Source: Thalia democratica (taxonomy: Eukaryota). Taken from it: a DNA stretch of 64,000 bases. The DNA lies in NCBI GenBank assembly GCA_965202585.1, contig OZ241826.1, positions 25,854,001-25,918,000 of the forward strand. Reading direction: 5' to 3'. Shown here piece by piece: positions 1-12,017 of this stretch. Every line of letters starts with the position of its first letter. Position 1 is the stretch's first letter. A model generated the notes under the pieces. The model was not told the DNA's origin. It was given only the letters and a program-made list of their open reading frames with translations, and did not search any database. The translations under genes were made by a program, and so were the position numbers.

Positions 1-3000
1 ACAAATAACTTTATTAAACAAAGCAATTTAGCTCTCATCTTAAATACACAAAGGCCAAAAATTAATATAAAATTATACTATAATCATTATTTATAAAATA
101 ATCAACGGCTTGTAAAATGTCCTTTTGGTTTTATACTTACTATTTTAGATTTAAAGGCATTATTATGAACTATTTCAAACCTCCAGCACAAGATTTAGTG
201 CATTCTGAATACTTTTTACTCCAAACATATTTTTCTATTGGAGCGACCAGCTCATGTTCATAAACAACCAATATTCTTGGTTCAGGGTAATTTCGTTTTT
301 GATTTATGTAAGTCCAAGTTATACCCGGATTATCAGTTACTACTAAAACCTTAAAACAGTTTGATAAATTAAAAAACATAATTATTTTGAACTTAAACTT
401 TAGCTATACTTTATAGTTCTTGACAGTACAAATTTAGCAGAACTCTGTAAAAAACCAAGCAAAAATTTAAACCTCGATTATCAAGTCTTGATATATCGGG
501 CCTTCGGTTGAAAGAGATTCGGTTTTATATGGTGTTCGGTTGTATAACCATTCACTTCCGGCAAATTTCCGATCTCCTTGCATATTAACTGCCCAGTTTC
601 CATTGAGGAAATATCTGGAAAAGTATAAAAATCAAAATGGTTTATCAAATAAACGAAAGTTAAAAATTCTTTTAAGCGTTTTTATGTTTTATTACCTTGG
701 TATTTACAATATGTAATAAAATGTTCTGTACACTTAAAATTTTATTTTCAGTTATTTTAAACTATATACCCAGACTTTGTTGCAGCTAAAATTTAAGCTT
801 CATGAAAAAATAAATTTAGCTGTAAAACAATAACGTAGAAGTTCAATAAAAACTCACTTTGTATTTCTTGTGTTTGCATTTTTCACTGCAATATAGCTGT
901 GAGTGCAGCATTTGTTTTCTTTTATTTCAATTTTCCTTGCCCCAGCTGGAATGCGAACCACTCTGTAGTACCCTGCATTCATTGTTAAGTGTGAGAAAAT
1001 AATTAGGAAACAAATGTACTACAAGTTCCAAAGATTTTCGAAAGCCGGCTGATGTTACACAGCCTTTTGTTATTGAACTTAGGTCTAATTTTATTTTGAT
1101 ATATAATTTGTTTGACGATACTAAACTATTGTTAATGTGCTCTTAAATAGGAAAACGCGATATAAAACAGCAGATCTGTTGTTTAATTTTTATATGGTAA
1201 TTAAATAGTTTGTCTAATGCAAATATTAAAAAATACTTAAGTGTTTGAAATTCATAACTAGATTTTTGGTTTAGGGATATATTTTTTATGGTCAACTTAA
1301 AATTTGATCGTACCAATTTCAAAAGAAATTTTGTCAAAAAACTACATTTAAAATTCTTAAAAAATATTCAAACAAACCGCTATTGACGACTTTTCTATCG
1401 TAGACACCACTTATTATTTGGCATGTAGAATTGTCACCATTACAAACACCACATGCGTCTATTGTCGCGTTTGAATTTATTTTATTGTCACATCCTACTC
1501 TCTGTAACAAAAGCAAATACAATCTATTAAGTAATAAGAATAAAATAGAAAATGAAACAAAAAGCATAAAGTATATATGTTTTGTACTTTTACTTCACGA
1601 GTGAGTTTATACTAAACAAATCTACCCTAATCCAGTTAAAAGTACAAACAGTGGTGATAACCACACAAATAATTTTCAATTAGGCATACAATTTCGGAAC
1701 TAATTTTTTTTATTTTGAAACAAACTTGGTGTAAAACTTTAATATTTAAACGTACAAAAACTTTGTAGTTACTATTATTAGATATGTAACCTTTTTAATG
1801 ATTTGACTATTTTAAGAATAACATTCAGTTAGTTATTTAAAGATACAAAAAACTAACAAAAATTACTTTAACAAACTACTTTTAAATTTTAAAAACACTA
1901 ACAGAAAGGTAAAAAGTAGGGTTAACAATATATTTACTTTCATTTTATCTTAATACTTTAAACTACTTAAATAAATTAAAATAGATAACTTCAAGAAAAC
2001 CAATTAAACTGACCGTGCATTTACCCTGAATACATAACATATTTTTATCTTCAGTACAAGGTGTTCCATCTATAACTTGATCTGCCAACATATCGAAAAA
2101 TCCGAATCCTTCAGCTTTACATAACAATTCACATTGTCCTCGACCTAAACAATAAAATTTGAATAAAATCTGTTCAGTTTCAGGTATTTGAAAAGCTATT
2201 GAGCTACTTAGTTAGGCTTAAGTATAATAGTTTCTACAGCTGATTTAATTCAAAAGTAATAATCTGTATTTCACAAAATTTGGAAGTTAAGATTGTCATA
2301 AACATGTTTAAATTGTTTTGTATTATATAAATACTATAAACATGTTTTAACTGACCAAAAGTGGTGAATTTAGTGAAAGGTACCCATTTGTAATAAGTTC
2401 TTCTGTAAGGTTTTGAATCAAATTTTGAACACTGTTGCTCTCTGAATGTTTTTGTTGAAGGCTCACAATTCTAAATTTTAGAAGATTATTAAACTAACAA
2501 TTAAAATAACTCATGGCAATATCCTACAAACTAAAAAGAAATAATATTACAAAGTTGTAGATAAGAACTCAGCAGTTAAAAAAAAACCTCTGGGCTGCAA
2601 ATTTCGTACTGTTTGTCTTCGCCATTACAGGGAATTCCCCCAAATCGAGCTTGGGGCTGTCACAACGCCGAACTCTCCATCGGACACCGCGGCCACAAGT
2701 CCTCGAGCAAGATGACCAATTATCAAATTTGCTCCATCCTCCGTTTATTCTATTTGGGACTTTCCCTAATGTGACACATTCGCCTCGTCTGCACCACTGT
2801 TATTAAAATGTTTTGATAAACAAAATTCTATTACTTTATCAAAAGTTAATGTATAACTTTTTATCTTTTATTTTGCTAGTTCTTTTAGTCGAATTACAGA
2901 CAATTATTAAACATTAAAAAAACAATGTAAATGATAACTCGGATGGTTTTTATAAACAGCATGTTATATCTAAATTCAAAAATAGTATGCATTTAAGTAG

Positions 3001-6000
3001 TTTTATATATATATATATATATATACATAAATTACTAACAAGATTGTGTCCACATTTAGTACCTTCTGCAGCTGGCATATATTTTGTTTCACAAATTTCT
3101 CCCCTTCCACACCATAAAGTCTTACATATTCCTTCCTAAGTAGAAATATTAATCTATAAGTTTAAATAGGTAAAATGTATATACATATGGTAAAATGTAT
3201 AGTATGGCTTGCAGAAAATTAGAAAATTAGAAATAATGTTATTTTAAAATATATCTGTTTGTTTAAGTTTGTAAAACAGTTATATTAAGAATAGTTTAGG
3301 TTATATGTTTAATAAACAGCAAATGATGTTGTATGTTAACTTTGTAATGCTGATTAACTAACTCTTTGCAAAAAATAAACAAAATAAACCGGATCGAACG
3401 AAAAGTAAACAAAAATATTAAATATCAACTGAGTTTAATAAGCTGTGCAAACATAAAGTTTGTATCTAAAAAGACTTGCCGGTTTTATTGTTTGTTTTTC
3501 TATAGTTTGCAGGTTATATAAGCAGTTAACTTTTCTCTCTTTTATCAATTAGGAAAATGCTTTGCTGGTAATTAAGTTTGTTTCAATATGAAACCGCTGA
3601 TAAAACTGGCTTAATAGTTGTTTTAATCAGTTTTTATAGGTCAGTAAATATTAAGCTCTGGTTTAATTCAGGTTGTGTTTTTTACTGTAAACGTGATAAG
3701 CTGCATTGTTCAAGTTTAACTGTTTTTACATTAAAAGCAATTAGCGATTGAACACAAATCAGCTGCAATTAAACTACTGTTTTTACGATCTATAACGGCT
3801 TTAATTACTGTTTTAAAATATTTTCAAAACCAGCTAATTACATACGGTAGCATAAAAACAACATTTGATATTTAAAAGAGTTGCAAAACAAGTAAGTTTG
3901 TATTTTATTAGGCTACCGCGTGCAAAAACTTTAAAAAAAATTAACTTTAATATTTTTATATTGAATTAATTTTTTTTTTACTAGCTACCTTCGTAGCTCA
4001 TTAAAATAATGAACTTTTTGAGTATGTAAAAAGACTTTTTTAATAGTATAAAGTGTTTATACTTTTTGCTCGCATTTATCTGTAAATTAATCTACATTCG
4101 TGTATAGCTTCTAATAGAAGCATGTAAAAATGTTGACAAGTTAAATTACTTTTTACGTTTGCTTGTCTGTTTTGTAACACCTTTTAAAGGCTTAGTAATT
4201 TAAAGGCGAATAATAAGTTTTGAAGTATTTCAATTGACTTTTTACGTTAAAAATAGCGGAAGCATAGATAAAGATCATAAAGAAATCAAGTTATGCTCAA
4301 AATTAACTACTAAGCTCACACGTTTTTTATCATAGTTTAAGTTGACTTGTTTTTAAAAATATTTTTACTTAAACTAACAAGTCCATGTTTGTATTTGTGT
4401 TTGCAAAGTTGTGTTTTGTTGCCAAACTGCCATCTATACTGTTCTTCAGCCGAATAAGTTTGTCCTGGTTGCTGTGACGGATAATTAAAATTAGAAGTTA
4501 TTTCTGATGGACTGTCATTCATACAATAACTGTCTGAACTCCTGAAAAAAGTGTATATTTATAAAACTAATTTAGAAGAAATTTTTACCTTTTAGCAAGT
4601 AATGTTATTTAATTTTTAATAGCAATTTTTAAAATTTTGTGTGATGAATAATTTGAATTATTTACTTGAGGAAGTCTTTTAATGATTCTTTGCTGCATTG
4701 GGACGAGTTAAATACCCCATTAAGAGAATTTAATGTATGTGACATGATGTTTCCTTCACTCAAATTACACGTATTACTTTCACCATCATGTCTCATTCCA
4801 AGACTGTATGAAATTGAAAAGTTAAACTATATTTATTTACATTAATAAAATTACTATTTTTTACTATTTACAACAATACACAACACCTACCTATGTCCAG
4901 TTTCATGAGCGACAGTAAAAGCAAGTCCAAGACCAATGTCCTCGTTAATTGCACAACTTTCTTTTCTACGACACATACCTCCTATTTGCGCAAGGCCTGA
5001 TATTGAAAACAGTAAATACTAAAAAAGTTTAACAGAATACAGTACTAATTATTTAAATAATATAGTTATGTATCTGTACTGTAAGGTACAGATGTTGTTT
5101 GATTTTTAATTTTATAACTTATAAAACTTTAAAAAACTTAACTTTATAAATATTTACAGAAATTATTAACTAATGTTGAACATGGTTTGTTCTTGTTAAC
5201 ACAAATATCAATTCCTGTGAGTAAAATTGAATGATCAGCTTTTCTACTGCCAATTTTATCTTGTTGTTTTTGCTGCCATTCACAAAAATTAAGCAATGAA
5301 GTATCTGCTCTGTGGCTTAATTCCAACTCCTTAAGAAATATTAATATTTTACAAATACTAGCATAAAAAATATTTTAATATAGTGATGTATTACTATAAA
5401 TCATAAAAAACTTTGCATGTATTTCAAACACCTATTACAAATAACTAACTGAATCATCTTCCAGTAAAACAATTCCAATAATAATGACGTTAACATCAGA
5501 ATATAAACTTGACACCTAAAATATTTTTTGACAGTTTATTCAATTAAAATAAAATCAATAAAAGCCAAATGATTTAAAACAAGTCAAGCTAAAAAATTGT
5601 AAAAAAATACTTTTAATTTTTTTATATTTATTTTTAAAACAGTAATACACTTTCTAACTAAACCACAACGTATCAAAAGAACTTAAAACATTTATTTTTA
5701 ATTATTCTATAGTTTAAAGAACATTTATGATCTTGCAGGGTATTATAAATTTCATAATTGGATGTTTGTCGGCAAATAAGTTCCAGGTGTTAAAGCAATA
5801 ACATTGTTGTCTAAGTTTAATTCTTTAGCATTGTAAACATCAAAAACCCACGAAGCTAATTACAAGTCAAAACTTTCAATTACCTTAAAATATTAAAGAA
5901 CTTTTAACGAATTATATCTGTTTTATGTTAGTTTTAAAAACTATAAAAATACCTATCGATGTGCAACTTATATTTACGAAAAGCTTTCGTTACTACAAAA

Positions 6001-9000
6001 ACACTAGTTATTATCCAGTTATAACTAGCTCCTAGTAGCTTTATGAAACGGTAAAATCGTTATGTGTTTACCAAGGATACCCGTAAAATTAATTACCTTT
6101 TAAGTTTTTAAAATATCTGTTTTCAGTTTAATACAATTAAAATTAGTAGAATTTCTTATATCTTTATCTGCTTTTTAAATTTCTGTTCTCAGTGGATCAG
6201 CGCATAAGTTATCTTAATTCTACGTATTAATATTACTAGTATTTCTAATAAATACCAAAACCCAAACTTGTGATTCCTTTTAGAGCTTTTTTAATCTCAT
6301 TTAAAATTAGCTTCAATAAAATAGTAATGTATTGTAGAATTTAGCTGAGTACATAGTTTTCGGTTAGATAATAACTAAAAGGGTCAAAAATTTGCTACTG
6401 AAAAAGCAATTACGGTCTAATTTTCAAAGATATACTAAGAAATTTTAAAGAGAAACATGATTTAATCTTTAAAAATTAAACACCTAATAACTTTAAAGTT
6501 TTAACTATTTCATAAATATTGTTTTTTAAGTTTGTACGATAAAATATAATAATGTTAAATAAAAAGCTAACAACTTATATGTGATTGCATAGAAAGACTT
6601 GTTACTTTTCTAACCATGTTCATAATAGTTAGTATGTAGATTGTAATAGTTACTCCTCTCATTATTTTTATGCTTTTCAATAAACTTTTTATCAGCAACC
6701 ACTAAAGTTTCAATTCTCTTCTTAACTCTTCTCTCGTCTCTCTCATAATAACTCGACCTTTCTCTCGAAATTGACCTGCGAAATGTTCTTTCTGCTTCAA
6801 TTCTCTCTTCTTTTTCATTTTGATCTTCCTGTGAAGATGTACGAATTTCACCATTTGACAGGATAGTCAGTGTCTTGTTCTCTATATTTTCAATGATATC
6901 TACTGGGTCTGTTGTAAAATAAAATGCGTTACTTTGGTACAGTTTGACTTACCTTGTTTATTTTTAACAAACAGTCGAATAAGCAAAACAACTGCTGGTT
7001 TATCTAAAAAGCTAGTGTAGTAAAATTAAGTAAATAATTAAGCTTATTATTTAGTAAAAATTAAAATAAGCTCTCTTTACTTATGTAGATGTCTTCTGAT
7101 TAAAATTGTTGTTAATAAACAAATATACTAGCTTTAAAACAAATAAAATAGAAGTTTACGAGGAAACTATGAAAATAAAAGTAAAAAATAATTTTAATTC
7201 ATAAAAATTTTAAGTGAAGTATCTTTACAAGAAAAATTTTAATTTGAGTTTAGATTTATTTTATTTTACATCTGATTTATTTAATTATTTGTCATGCACT
7301 TAAAAACAAACCATCGTTTTTTTACGTCATAAAAGATGTCTCATGTTAATTTAGTAGTTTTTTGAAGATTCAACATTAAACTATAAATAACGGTAGACAT
7401 ACTTAATAGTTCGCCTAAATTAAAAAAAAACATAAAAAAATATTTGAAAAAAAAATAACAAGTAAGAGATTTTTGGAAAATTTTATGAAGTTATAAAAGT
7501 CTAAGATTTATGTGATCTTAAGTTTTTCTTGTTTAATTTACAAAAAAAAAACATTCCAAAATCCTTCAAGTTATATAATTACTATTGTAAACAGTTTCTC
7601 TATCGTAAGCATATCAAATTTAATAAAGTTCAACTTCTCAATAGATTCAGATTTTATATCACAACAACTTAGCTCAGTAAAATCGACTTTTCATTGTTTA
7701 GAATAGAAACGTTATTTTCTCTGTATTTGCTTATATAAACTACTAACGCCAAGTTCACAATTAACAATAGAAAAATGCTTTTTAGGTCGTTTCAGCGACA
7801 CTTAAGACCTATTAGTTTATGTTGTTTATGTTGCTGCAGAAACTTCTACACACATGAATTTGTATAAACAATTATTCACAATAACAACAAATACACAAAA
7901 GAATTTATGCCTTACTAGACAGAAGTACATAAGTGACATCATAAACAATGAAATTTGAAAACTTTTTTATAATGCAGTATTTTGTACAAGTTAAAAGTTT
8001 TATTGTAAAATACTCTTACTGTTCAACTTTTAAAGATGTTAAGTGATAAACATATTAATTAGGCCAAAAAGTTGCTTTTTGAAGCTTTTTATGTAGATTT
8101 ATTATTACGTCATAGATTTTTCTGAAAACTTTCAAAGCATGTTGTAATTAGAAGGAGAAAACTTATTGAAAATTTAATATTTAAAACTCTAACAAGAATC
8201 ATGGAAGAACTTTTAACCAGCGAATTCTATTTGCAGTGACTTTATAACAAAATATAGTAAATTAAAACTTATACTTTGGAAGCATACTTCTCGGTAATTT
8301 AGATAAAAAGAAATTAAATGGTCTTTAACTAACCACAACACTAGACGCACGCCGAATTTTTCACGAAAAACGTTTTAGTTATGACGTCATAAACTTACGT
8401 CTTCTTCCCTTGCCACAGTACTGTATTTCTTCTTCTTTATTGCCTCCTTGACCTTGATGCACGTGATTTTGACGTTTCTTGTAGATGACGTGAGGATCTG
8501 ATTCGAACTTATGACGTTCATCCTCACTTATATGGATATCGTCTACCGGTTCTATTATGATGTCATCATCGTTTGTTCGCATAAAGCCGGTCTGTAAAGG
8601 ATAGTTTATATTGTTAAAGTTTGATGAACTTGATCAAACTCATATTTTAATTATATGAACAATTTTTTATATACAAACTAGATATTATTAACACAAAAAC
8701 TAACAAAACAAACTCTTAACTTTTTAAACAAAAATTTTTTCTAGCAAATCTAGAAATAAAAAGTGTTTTTTTTTTCAAAAAATAGTTTGTTGTGTGAAGT
8801 TTTTTGTTTACTACAAAGTTGTGTCGAATGACAATTGTAAAAGCACTGATGTCACAGTTGCAGCACTTGTACGTCATAAAAGTTGTAAAATGAGCTCCAG
8901 ATGACAATTGTACTTGTTTAAAATTGTATGTAATTTTACTACCAACTTAAATTAAAGCACTTACTTTTATTTACTAACTTTAAAGCATTTTAAATGGTAA

Positions 9001-12000
9001 CTTTTTACTTTCTCTTCACACGTTAGAAAATTTTTATGTTTTAAAGTTATCCAAAAGTCTTTTATCATTTAAAAAACTTAATAAATGCTGTTACAAATTA
9101 TTAAAAAAACTTGCACAACATGTGTCGAGTTAATAAATATTAAAATGTAAATTTTTTTATATTTATATTGACGTTGTTAATTTCATGTTAAGTGTACTTA
9201 TTTTGTAGTTATTTAAATTAAGATTTGTAAGACTAAGTTTAAATAAATTTTTTCATGTTAATATTTGATTTTTAGTAATTTTCGTAAAGTTTAATTCCTT
9301 TAAAGTATGTTTTCTTGATAAAAAGTAATTAAAGTTAGTTTTTGGATGTTTATACCAAAAGTTGTTAAAATTTGATTAAATTAGATCTGTAAATTTTTTT
9401 GTTACTTTATTTACCGACAAACGACAATTATACTTAAGCTTACTAACTACTTGACCTCATACGTAAATACATATTATGACAAACAATCTGGTAGTTTTTT
9501 TCAAACTGAGCAATTGTATACAATATTGGCCAGATTTTCTGTTAAAATTACAGACTAATCCGTTAAAATGACCTAATTTTATTTCACACGCTACTAATTA
9601 ATAATGACTTTAGAAAAAATAAATATGCTTTAAACAACAAGTACTACACCAGCTTCTATACTTATAAAAATAAAGTTTAAATATAGACTGACTACGAACT
9701 TAATAAAACAATGAGTGTACATCAAAAAAAATGCAACAGTATTTGAAGGTTATGTAAAAAAGAAGGTGTAATTAAAACATTACGGTTAGTTATGTAATTT
9801 TTTGAAAATAACCACTTTTTGTCCTCAAAATCATTCAATTATTGAAGCTGACTTATTTTAAGAGTTCAATCACAGAATACTAATTAACAAACGCGAAAAT
9901 GTGATGTTTATGAAAAAAAAGACCTCGATATGTAGTCATAAAGAATCTAAGCTTAATGATTTACTATTGCACCAATGAATAAATTGAAAACAAAAGCAAT
10001 ATGTTTTCAATGTCGGCATCTTCAAACAGAAGCTAAATGGAAATATTTCTACCGGTTCTTTTGTAAGATATTTAATAGCATAACGGTTTTGTTGTATTGT
10101 TATTTTCGTAGCGTTGGTCTACTTTGACTACTTGCGAATTAACTTAGTTTCTTACTAAGTGTTTAGGAAATTTTAAATGCTGTAGCCTTAACAGTGGCTT
10201 GATTAATAATATGTAATTGATGCAATAAAGTTGCTTTTTTGAGTTAAAATATGTTTGTATACATTTGATAACAATCAAAAACCACAAAGAAACAATTATC
10301 TACTTTTTTGCAGACAGATAGTCATCTGTAAAACATAAGATTACTTAATTTTGTTCAATATCTTTTTCATTAAATTAACTAAAACAACTATTTCAAAAAT
10401 ATTAAAATTAAAAAAAAAATAATTGTACTGTTTTTTTGATAGTAATTTTCAATAATATGAATTTAAGATATTCTATTTAAAACAGTTACTAGAATTTGTT
10501 TTCCACATAACTGACTACTTCAAAGAAATTCTTTACAGTTATGCGAAGTGGTTTAAACTTTCACACACTTACATCATAACACTTCTTTAAATCAAAGGTA
10601 ACTTGTTAATTTAAACCTTATGGATGTCAAATAGCTAATAGTTATTTATTAGACTTAAGCAACTACAACAACTTAAAAAACTTATGATTTTAAACAAGTT
10701 TATGTCTATTGGTTCTCATTGAATTGTTTTCACTTGTTATAAAAAAAGTTATAAAACCTATAAGTTGTTTTAAGTTGATAACTCTTTAAGTGGCTCAATT
10801 TATCTTACATGTATAGTTTATAATAAAACCAAGCAAACTTATAAAACTTTGACATTTATGTAGTACTTTTTCTACCAGTTTTAAAACAGCTCAACCCTTT
10901 TTTCCACATTTAAAACAGTGAGATCAGTAAGGTTCATAGGTGTACACAATTAAAATCATAGAATATAAATATGAAATTTTTGTAATAAACTATAGCGTTT
11001 GTTTAATTAAGTTGAAAACTTGTTACCATTATGTCATAGTTAATTCAACTAATTTGAATACCTCTGGCAAAAAATTAAACTTGTTATAAAGCGGAAATTC
11101 AAGCCATTATCAAAATTTTATCTAATTAGATTTAATCTAGTTTTCTAAAAGTCACACAAAAATTTTTGCTGCGCTTTTTTGCACATTTTTCTGCACCGGT
11201 AAAAACTGAATGAAACTTTCTCTTTATGATTTATTAATTGCAGCTTTATTGATTGCAGCATTCAAGAGATTATTGCAGCAATTTTGCAGCTTTTATGTTT
11301 AAATCTATAATTTAAGATAATATGTAAAAGTAACTTACTCTCTTTTAGTTTTATAAAAGTTAGTTATTTTAATTGTAACAAAACAACAATAACAAGACCT
11401 TAACAAAAAAATAAACTAAGTTTTTGTTTAATACCTACAATCAATTTAACTAAAGTTTGATATAACTATTAAATAATATTCCACTGGTTATTTTAGTTAA
11501 TAAAAGTGATACAAATAATAAAGCTAAGTAAACTAATATATATTATTTATTGTATGTATTTATTAATTAAATGTTAAACTAAAACTTTTTTTTATTTTGA
11601 ATGTTTTTTTCAGAATTTAAAATTAAACAACACAAATAAGAAAATTTGTAGGTGTTGATTTAGTTTGAATTTTTTTTACAAGCGTGGATTTTGTTTTATA
11701 GTAATGTTAAGGCTATAAATTTTAATTGTATATATACTTTTTTTTTAAATTTGATATTAAAATAAAACAATAAAAGAAATTTAATTTTTTTTCTCTAAAA
11801 TGTAATCTAGCAAAAAAAAATATAGATACATAATAAAATTTTGTTTACAGTTTAGTTTAATTAATCTTGGTTAAACAAACCTCAAAAGTATAACTTCAAA
11901 AAAAATACTTTTGCTAATCTTTTGTAAGTGATTATACAAGTAACCAAAAAGCATGAATATTCCTAGAAAGATAAACACATGTTTGTATAAAATAACATGT

Positions 12001-12017
12001 CTTTTTGCTTTCAACAT
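1..12017 (-). pseudogene. ADAMTS copy A, disabled; continues beyond the left edge of the window
   Basis: Exons homologous to B exons 4-18: 8591-8399, 6908-6615, 5515-5450, 5329-5171, 4996-4891, 4803-4666, 4541-4379, 3135-3040, 2796-2588, 2470-2356, 2144-2014, 1501-1378, 972-858, 614-473, 349-181. Lesions relative to B: exon 3 absent; exon-2 remnant with TAG/TAA (~11640-11730); +4 nt in exon 5 (294 vs 290 nt); 18-nt deletion of PSLEND in exon 6; 1 nt lost at the exon 7 donor; -1 nt in exon 12 (209 vs 210 nt); W>S and C>Y changes at conserved positions. Confidence 0.88.
3004..3025. repeat. (TA)n microsatellite
   Basis: (TA)11 in copy A intron 11; an interrupted counterpart is at ~23911-23930 in copy B. 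Confidence 0.9.

Noticed and set aside
8716-8907. ORF MSSGAHFTTFMTYKCCNCD... over a conserved intron block
   Set aside because: The homologous blocks in B and C read ATG ACG TAA in that frame, so the conservation is non-coding.
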